A DNA stretch of 64,000 bases from Eledone cirrhosa (lineage: Eukaryota). The position numbers and the translations under genes were made by a program. Position 1 is the first letter of the stretch. The number at the start of each line of letters is the position of its first letter. Below the pieces are notes generated by a model. It was not told the origin of the DNA. It worked only from the letters and a program-made list of their open reading frames with translations, and did no database searches. This document shows positions 55,994 through 64,000 of the stretch, one piece after another. The stretch is taken from the NCBI GenBank assembly GCA_964016885.1, contig OZ024762.1:22940001-23004000 (forward strand). Reading direction: 5' to 3'.

Positions 55994-56310
55994 ATATATA
56001 TATATATATATATATGCTTAATACACTATAGTATTTAAAGATTCAAAACATTAAGTGAATGAACATATTTCTAAAAAGTAAGGTGGTAGGAGAATTGATG
56101 TTCCACCTTAGAAAACTAAAAAGATTATTGTATATATATGTATGTATATATGTGTGTGTATATGTGTGTGTTTATGTATGTATATAATTTCTTTATCCCT
56201 CTGTACTTTTATCTCTCTCTCCATTTGTATATATATATTTATACACACACACACATACATATATATATAAAGTAGAGAGGGTTTAAGAATTATATATACA
56301 TATATATATA

Positions 56311-56344
<34 letters not shown>

Positions 56345-56370
56345 AAGTAGAGAGGGGTTAAGAATGATAT

Positions 56371-56445
<75 letters not shown>

Positions 56446-56542
56446 TATATATAAATATATATATAAATAAATATATATATATATATACATACAATTTTTA
56501 TATAAATAATATATATATAAAAATTTCACATATAAATACACA

Positions 56543-56583
<41 letters not shown>

Positions 56584-57054
56584 TTATAATTACACCGACA
56601 CACAGACACATATATGTTCCTATTCACCCATACATACAGTTACTTATAAGATATGTGTATTGCGTTTATTGGTGTCATTTCTGAAATACTTTTATTCGCA
56701 ACCATAGAAGAGATCAATGATTAGTTTTGCTACAAATATAATTGATTTATAGTGTTGTTCTTGTCTCTCTCCTATTTCTATATCCATAAATTAGAATTAA
56801 CCTCTAAATTTCCGAAAGAATCGCATGACAACGGTAATTCCTACCTTTGAAACAATGGTGTAGTTGATCTGTTTACGCTGTTGTGAGAAAGCTGTAGGAT
56901 GCTTTAATAGAAACTGACCTTGTGGTTCAGAAATGGTGATAAGTTATGACCAAACGTGTTTAGAATTTCAAAAACGTATATTTTCTATGAAACATTATAA
57001 TATAATATGAAAATATTCATCTACGTATAGACTTCAAGTGATTCATATGTCTGA

Positions 57055-57530
57055 GAAACGCGAATTATTTACCAAGACATAGGGCGGTGGTTTGGCAGTA
57101 TCGGTAGAGGGTCGGACGCCATGCTTTGCAGCATAGAGTTACGGCCCTTTGCAGTCTGAGTTCAAATCCCGCCGAGGTTAACTTTGCCTTTCATCCTTAC
57201 GGGGTCAATAAAATAAAGTACCAGTAATGCACTGGGATAATTGCTGGCCTTGTGCCAAAAGTAGAAACGCGAATTATTTACCAAGTCATTGGGCGGTGGT
57301 TTGGCAGTGTCGGTAGAGCGTCAGACACCATGCTTTGAACATAGTTATCGCCCTGTGCGTTCTGAGTTTAAATCCCGCCGTGGTTAACTTTGCCTTTCAT
57401 CCTTACGGGGTCGATAAAATAAAGTACCAGTAATGTACTGGAATAATTGCTGGCCTTGTGCCAGAAGTAGAAACAATTATTTAACAAGACATTTGCGGCA
57501 TAGTTATGGCCCTTTGCGTTCTGAGTTTAA
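57055..57530 (+). mobile_element. About 2.3 tandem copies of the major SINE (period ~209 bp)
   Basis: gaaacgcgaattatttaccaag precedes the copies at both 57055 and 57264. Confidence 0.85.
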
Positions 57531-57602
57531 CAAGCAGACGCACAAACACACGAGCTTTTTTCTAAAAATAAGCCTCCTTTCAGTCCTCTTTTTTCTCATT
57601 CT

Positions 57603-57638
57603 ATTTTCTGATGAAGGACTCCTATCCGAACGTAAAAT
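57603..57638 (+). ncRNA. Degenerate minimal hammerhead (family F-like)
   Basis: atttt-CTGATGA-a-gga..tcc-GAA-cg-TA-aaat. Confidence 0.5.
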
Positions 57639-57712
57639 CTGTTATCTTTTTACTATATCATGCGTTAAACCAATATATTTCTTCATTGTACTATGTTGTT
57701 TGATTTGCATCC

Positions 57713-57744
<32 letters not shown>

Positions 57745-57747
<3 letters not shown>

Positions 57748-57940
57748 ATGATATTAAATAAATGGAAACTATATTTATAAAACCATATTTATTCTATTAT
57801 ATATATTCAAGGATAACAAAATTTTGGTACGCTATCATCAGATAAAATACAAAATGTTTTATAAATATTTGACATAACCAACGATAATATATCTTAACAG
57901 TTCAAGATATCCTTATTTATAAAACATTTTGTATTTTATG
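57745..57940 (-). mobile_element. Family A pLTR with a degenerate hammerhead and a short inverted arm
   Basis: tcatcagataaaatac at 57835-57850. Confidence 0.55.
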
Positions 57941-57942
57941 AA

Positions 57943-58240
57943 AAACTCAGAGCTGTATGGGAGCATCCCAAAAGTCAGCTCAAAAGTGACACAGAGGAGA
58001 CTGAGGTTAGCTGGACGTGCTCACCGACATCCAGAGTTGATATTGCACTCAGTGCTTCTTTGGGAGCCCCTACATGGACACACTAGAAGAGGAAGACCAA
58101 GGTTAACATATGCTGATACCCTAAGAATAGACACTGGTCTGTTGGAGGCGCAGGACATGGCAGCGATAATGAGGGACAGAGACCGCTGGAGAGAACTCGT
58201 TCATGGATGTCGGGAATTTTACCCGCCTTAGATAGATATA
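57943..58240 (+). pseudogene. RTE-like LINE 3' fragment
   Basis: NSELYG..RRLRLAG..HRH..VLLWEP..G.TRRGRP..TY.D.L..D...MRDRDRW, then a (TAGA)/(TA) tail. Confidence 0.8.
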
Positions 58241-58404
58241 TATATATATATATAACGGCAGCTGGATCCGAACTCTTCAGCTAGCTCAGCGGTCGAGGTC
58301 AAGATCTTTTCATATTACCCACTCTACTACCCAAAGTATCGAGTACTCTGGTGCGGTATGGTCCACCTGGTATTTTACAACACCTTCTTTATACAGACAC
58401 ACAC

Positions 58405-58464
<60 letters not shown>

Positions 58465-58524
58465 GAAAGTATAGAAATTATTGTGAGCGTGAGTCAACAG
58501 TATTTCATAATATATAAGAAAACT

Positions 58525-58560
<36 letters not shown>

Positions 58561-58758
58561 GTATATACACTTTTCTTTCCATTTCAGGTAGACGCGCTCC
58601 ATCATCCACTTTTCTAAAAAATAAATCATTCACAAAACGCCAGAATCAACAGTTTTGCAAGAGATGTCAACATGAATGGACTTGTTATTTTTATATAAAG
58701 ACATATCTTCCAATTCCATCCTACCCGTCCCCCCCAATCTAGCTTATTTCTCATTATT

Positions 58759-58794
58759 TCTTCTGATGAAGGACTAGCGTCCGAAACGTTAAGA
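58759..58794 (+). ncRNA. Minimal hammerhead ribozyme (family F)
   Basis: tctt-CTGATGA-a-GGAC-tagc-GTCC-GAAA-cg-TT-aaga. Confidence 0.8.
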
Positions 58795-58892
58795 GCCTCT
58801 TCCTGCTAAATCAACCGTTAACCTAATATATCCCTTCTACATACTGTACAGATTGTATTGTTATTTATGTTTACCTTTTACACACAAACAAA

Positions 58893-58978
<86 letters not shown>

Positions 58979-59439
58979 TATATGTATATATGTATATGTC
59001 CGTCTACATGTGTGTGTATGCATGTGTGTGTATTTAGCCTCTACTCACTGGTACATTTATCTATAAGAAGTATTGTGTTAGCTGGAAGGTGTCAAACTAA
59101 TCGTTGAATACTACGAGGGGAAGTAAAATTGATGGTTTCTTCAGTTTTTTGTTTTTTGCCAATAAAATGTGATAATTTCACACGATGAACTCGGTAAACC
59201 TATATCATGCAATCACCGGGCCTCAGGTATGATTACCTGGTTTATATCACTCCATGGGCCGTACTATTGAACCTCTCACATATAATATGTATATATATAT
59301 ATATATATACACACATATATATTAATATATTCTTAATCGTTTCATTAAGCTGAATGAAATGAATATATATATATATATAGTATATATATACATATAAATA
59401 CATATATACATACATACACACACACATATATATACTTAT

Positions 59440-59470
<31 letters not shown>

Positions 59471-59481
59471 CTAACATACAT

Positions 59482-59566
<85 letters not shown>

Positions 59567-59773
59567 AATATACAGATCAGAGCAAACAGCACGGACACTC
59601 TATCTCAAAATTATTTTTGAAAAGCATTTAGAAATGCGCAACCGGTAAAACCTTAAAAACTTAAAACCACAACTGAATACTAACCCATACAATCACTAAT
59701 ACTCTTTTATTCCTAATTAAACGATTTTTCAACTGTGAACAATTTGTCAGCATTTTCTATTCCGTTTACCAAT

Positions 59774-59871
<98 letters not shown>

Positions 59872-59889
59872 ATATGTATATAAATATAT

Positions 59890-60510
59890 ATTTATGTATG
59901 TCAGGTCACCAGTTGGTGCTACTGGTAACATGTATCCCAGTACAACCTGTCTCATGGTCGGGTCGTTGGCGACTAAACTGGTAACTCCACCAAGGTTTCT
60001 TGGTGAGGAGGGTGACTTTGGACATCCTGCAGGACTAAAAACAAAACCTGTCAAAGGGCAAAGGAGCTCTTAAGAGTCAATGGCCATCCAAAATCACCGG
60101 GAGAGATGACCCCTTAGCCTTTGTCAAGGCAGAATTCTAGGAGAAGGAAAACTCTGATATAACACCTGCAACCCTGATGGTATCCAATGATGTTGACTTG
60201 TTCTTCTTTTTGGTAAATATCATCTTGGTTAAGAGAGTAGGACTGGCTTTGTGCAGTGCCTTTGCTCACTATAAAAGCTTCACGGCACAGGCATTGCTTT
60301 ATAGCTGGAGATCTCTCTGCACTTGTCATCACATGGTACCATGGGCCCAGCACTATGTGTCAATAATTGTCACAAGTGTAGTGTTTGTACCAGAGTTTTC
60401 AAGTCGCTGGCTAGACTAACAAGTCACGCTCGTTCAGCGCATCGGTAGGGGTTCTCCTACATGGATATAAAGTAGTGGCCGTACTCGAAAACGAGTTGGC
60501 AGCCACCATA
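59890..60510. repeat. Rearranged copy of the 19851-20347 repeat
   Basis: Left half inverted, right half direct. Confidence 0.7.
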
Positions 60511-60742
60511 TGTATACATACACACATATGTTATATATATATATATATATATATACAAATATATATATATATATATATAACAAATGAGTTGTGGTAAGGA
60601 ACCAGATGGACCATAACGCACCAGAGTACACAATACTTAGGGTTGTAGAGTATGTATGCATATATATATATATAACACACACAAAAATAAGATGGCGTAG
60701 GACAGTACAAAGGAGAGTCACAAAACAGAGAAAATAATCCCA

Positions 60743-60785
60743 GTCACTGAAGAGGTCACAGAATGTGTTACGAAAGAACTTTGAC
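60743..60785 (+). ncRNA. Minimal hammerhead ribozyme (family I)
   Basis: gtca-CTGAAGA-g-gt-caca-gaa-tgtg-tt-ac-GAAA-gaac-TT-tgac. Confidence 0.6.
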
Positions 60786-60923
60786 AATATATGAACAACC
60801 ATCCGGTTGTGGAACCAGCCAACCAACCGGAAATGTATAATAAATTGAAGTGAAAGCAACTGGTGCGTGTGTTTCTTATTGGCAACATGACCCTCCCAAA
60901 GTATAACAACATATATATATATA

Positions 60924-60971
<48 letters not shown>

Positions 60972-61068
60972 TATATGCACACACATACATTGGATCAAGT
61001 ATGACATTTGTAGAAATGTCGTTTTTTCTTCTACAAATTTCTACAGATTTCATATTTGACGACCCAAT

Positions 61069-61171
<103 letters not shown>

Positions 61172-61178
61172 AATATAT

Positions 61179-61209
<31 letters not shown>

Positions 61210-61250
61210 AATATATATATATAAATATAAATATAAATATATATTTATAA

Positions 61251-61281
<31 letters not shown>

Positions 61282-61805
61282 AATATATAAATATATATAT
61301 ATATATATATTTACATATATATATATATAAATATATATATATTTACATATATATATATATATATACAAAGTAATAAACGCTTGTGTAAAAGGAATAGACA
61401 GATTCTTTCGTTTCATAGATAAATCAATTAAAATACATTGCCCCTCAAACTCTTAACGAAATATAATATAGTGAAAAGAAAATAATGAAGAAAAATGCTT
61501 TGAAGAAAAAGAAAATTTATAAAAAGAAGCAAAAAGAAAATGGCGGAACCAGAAATAGTGAAAAGGAGATGAAGAAGAAGCCGAGAAAGTTCTCTAACGG
61601 AGAGGTTTATATTAATAGCAGAGAATATAAAATAGAATGGGGATAAATGTAAGCTTTATTATTAGCAAATTTATATATAAAATTGTTCGCTAACTATGTA
61701 CATCAATGTCTTCTTTGAAGTCAACCGTGATATTGACTGTGTATATATATATATTTGTATATATATATATATATATATTTGTATATATATATATATATAT
61801 ATATT

Positions 61806-61902
<97 letters not shown>

Positions 61903-61905
61903 TTG

Positions 61906-61990
<85 letters not shown>

Positions 61991-62132
61991 ATATATATAT
62001 ATTTATTTGTATATATATATATATGTATACATATGTATATATACATATATAGATAGATAGATAGATATATTTATATATATATTTACACACATACAAATAT
62101 ATATATATACACACATACGTATACACACATAC

Positions 62133-62173
<41 letters not shown>

Positions 62174-62235
62174 AGAATTTATATATATATATACATACAC
62201 ATATATAGATATATATACATCTCTGTTACTCTCTC

Positions 62236-62274
<39 letters not shown>

Positions 62275-62281
62275 CATATAC

Positions 62282-62347
<66 letters not shown>

Positions 62348-62529
62348 TTAGTAGATAATAACTTTAAAATAATAAAGAAGTCACTAAAATAAAACGGACA
62401 CAAAAATCATTTAAAGTCAGTTTGGTGATGTGAAAACTGATCTGATTATTAAAATATAGTGTCTTCTTCTTCTATTCATATATAGTCACTTTGATAAAAC
62501 ATTCACACACACAGACATCTATATAGATA

Positions 62530-62628
62530 CAGGATGTCCCCCTAAAAATATACACCCCTGAATAGCCTTCTAATAAATATTGCCTTTATAGTTAATCAAA
62601 TTCTGTATACATTTTTCGGGACAACCTG
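62530..62628. mobile_element. Short Tc1/mariner-like MITE
   Basis: TA-caggatgtccc..aaaaatatacac / tgtatacattttt..gggacaacctg-TA. Confidence 0.6.
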
Positions 62629-62782
62629 TATATTTATAGAGAATGAGAGAGAGCCTGCGATATTGAGACCAAAAGACCACAATGAAGAGAGAACTCAATG
62701 CTTGAGATAAAGCAGAGTGCTTATAGAGATGGGTATAATTCCGACCGCAGCGCCAAGCATTCTCAGCTTTTAACACAAGGCT

Positions 62783-62816
<34 letters not shown>

Positions 62817-63184
62817 CTATCTATCAGGATGGAGAGAGAAGTGCTTGGCTCCAGACAGTTTTATGAAAGGTGGGTGAAAGAAGCGAGAATGGCTCGTGTA
62901 AATGGGCCTTCTCTCTACATTGTTCTGTAGGTGAAGAAGTGGGGAGGAAAGGGGGAGCGCCTCCTCTCTGGGCTTCCCCCGCGAAAAGGGTTGCACACTT
63001 TTCGGGGGTATGTGCAATCCCGAACACGCCCCCTCCCTTTTGAGGACTTTTTATTATTATATTATTATTGTTATTCCTTTTTTCTTTACTCGATTTATGT
63101 AAACTCCCCCACTGTGTATTTGTCCCCTTCTTTTGTGCCCTCGTGGAAGATAAATAGAAATGTATCTATCTATCTATCTATCTA

Positions 63185-63261
<77 letters not shown>

Positions 63262-63268
<7 letters not shown>

Positions 63269-63707
63269 CAAATGGAAACTATATTTATAAAACCATATTT
63301 ATTTTATTATACATATTTCAAGGGCCACCAAGGCAGATTATGGTGCGCTTTCATCAGATAAAGTATAATACAGATTAGTTTTATAAATAAATATTGACAT
63401 ACCCTAAAAAAATCCAACCTTAACGGTTGGATCTTCCTGGAGGCTCCAACCGTTAAGGTTGCATTTTTTCAGGGTATGTTAACATTTATTTATAAAACTA
63501 ATCTGTATTATATTTTATCTGATGAAAGCCCACCATAATCTGCCTTGGTGGCCCTTGAAATATGTATAATAAAATAAATATGGTTTTATAAATATAGTTT
63601 CCATTTGTTAATATATTGTATATTTACTCCAATAATTTGTTGAGTGCTTTATATCAGTTATAAAAATATTTTAGCTTGTTGTATCCCAACAAAGTAAATA
63701 TAACCTC

Positions 63708-63712
<5 letters not shown>
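63262..63712. mobile_element. Palindromic family A pLTR pair, hammerheads at ~63300-63366 (-) and ~63510-63577 (+)
   Basis: attttat-CTGATGA-aag-cccacca..tggtgg..ctt-GAAA-tatgta-TA-ataaaat. Confidence 0.8.
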
Positions 63713-63782
<70 letters not shown>

Positions 63783-63855
63783 CTTCAAGGAAGCGACAAA
63801 CAGAGGTACAAAATGTGTCATTAGTTTCACGCTTTATATGGAAAAGGGGAAAGAA

Positions 63856-63892
63856 AGTTCGACGTTTCGGGCTTCAGTCCTTCTTCAGCAGT
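63856..63892 (-). ncRNA. Minimal hammerhead core (family F-like)
   Basis: CTGAAGA-a-GGAC-tgaa-GCCC-GAAA-cg-TC; stem I not evident. Confidence 0.45.
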
Positions 63893-64000
63893 ACAACAAT
63901 CGAGACAGGATCACAAAGTATAGATACAGTAAATAAAAAGTAGTCCAAATAAAAAAAAAACGATTGTATATATATATATAGGAAAAGAATCAGGACCCCC

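Noticed and set aside
59900-59985. HDV-like ribozyme (ccagt...gtcg/cgac-taa-actgg)
   Set aside because: P2- and P4-like pairings are visible but P1 and P3 could not be built

Overview
AT-rich, microsatellite-dense animal genomic DNA. The tRNA-headed SINEs resemble octopod cephalopod SINEs (inference, from memory). No host gene is recognisable, and nearly all tracked ORFs are (TA)n/(CA)n/(GTT)n artefacts. Real coding content: an apparently intact Penelope-like element (RT + C-terminal GIY-YIG, 737 aa, Naiad-like) at 12.1-17.9 kb, two decayed PLE remnants, a 5'-truncated CR1-type LINE and an RTE-like 3' fragment. The window carries roughly 35 type I hammerhead ribozyme (HHR) motifs in about 10 sequence families, all found by eye. 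The most notable structure is a 4.9-kb palindromic array (6878-11817) of near-identical ~555-bp non-coding units, each with an HHR and G.U-rich hairpins: a candidate non-LTR retrozyme/circRNA family. It sits beside the intact PLE in the same (TA)n tract and has the same insertion geometry (divergent arms, 3' ends outward, TATA microhomology). A second candidate retrozyme (422-bp unit) lies at 53.4-54.0 kb. All folds were done manually and ribozyme activity is untested.
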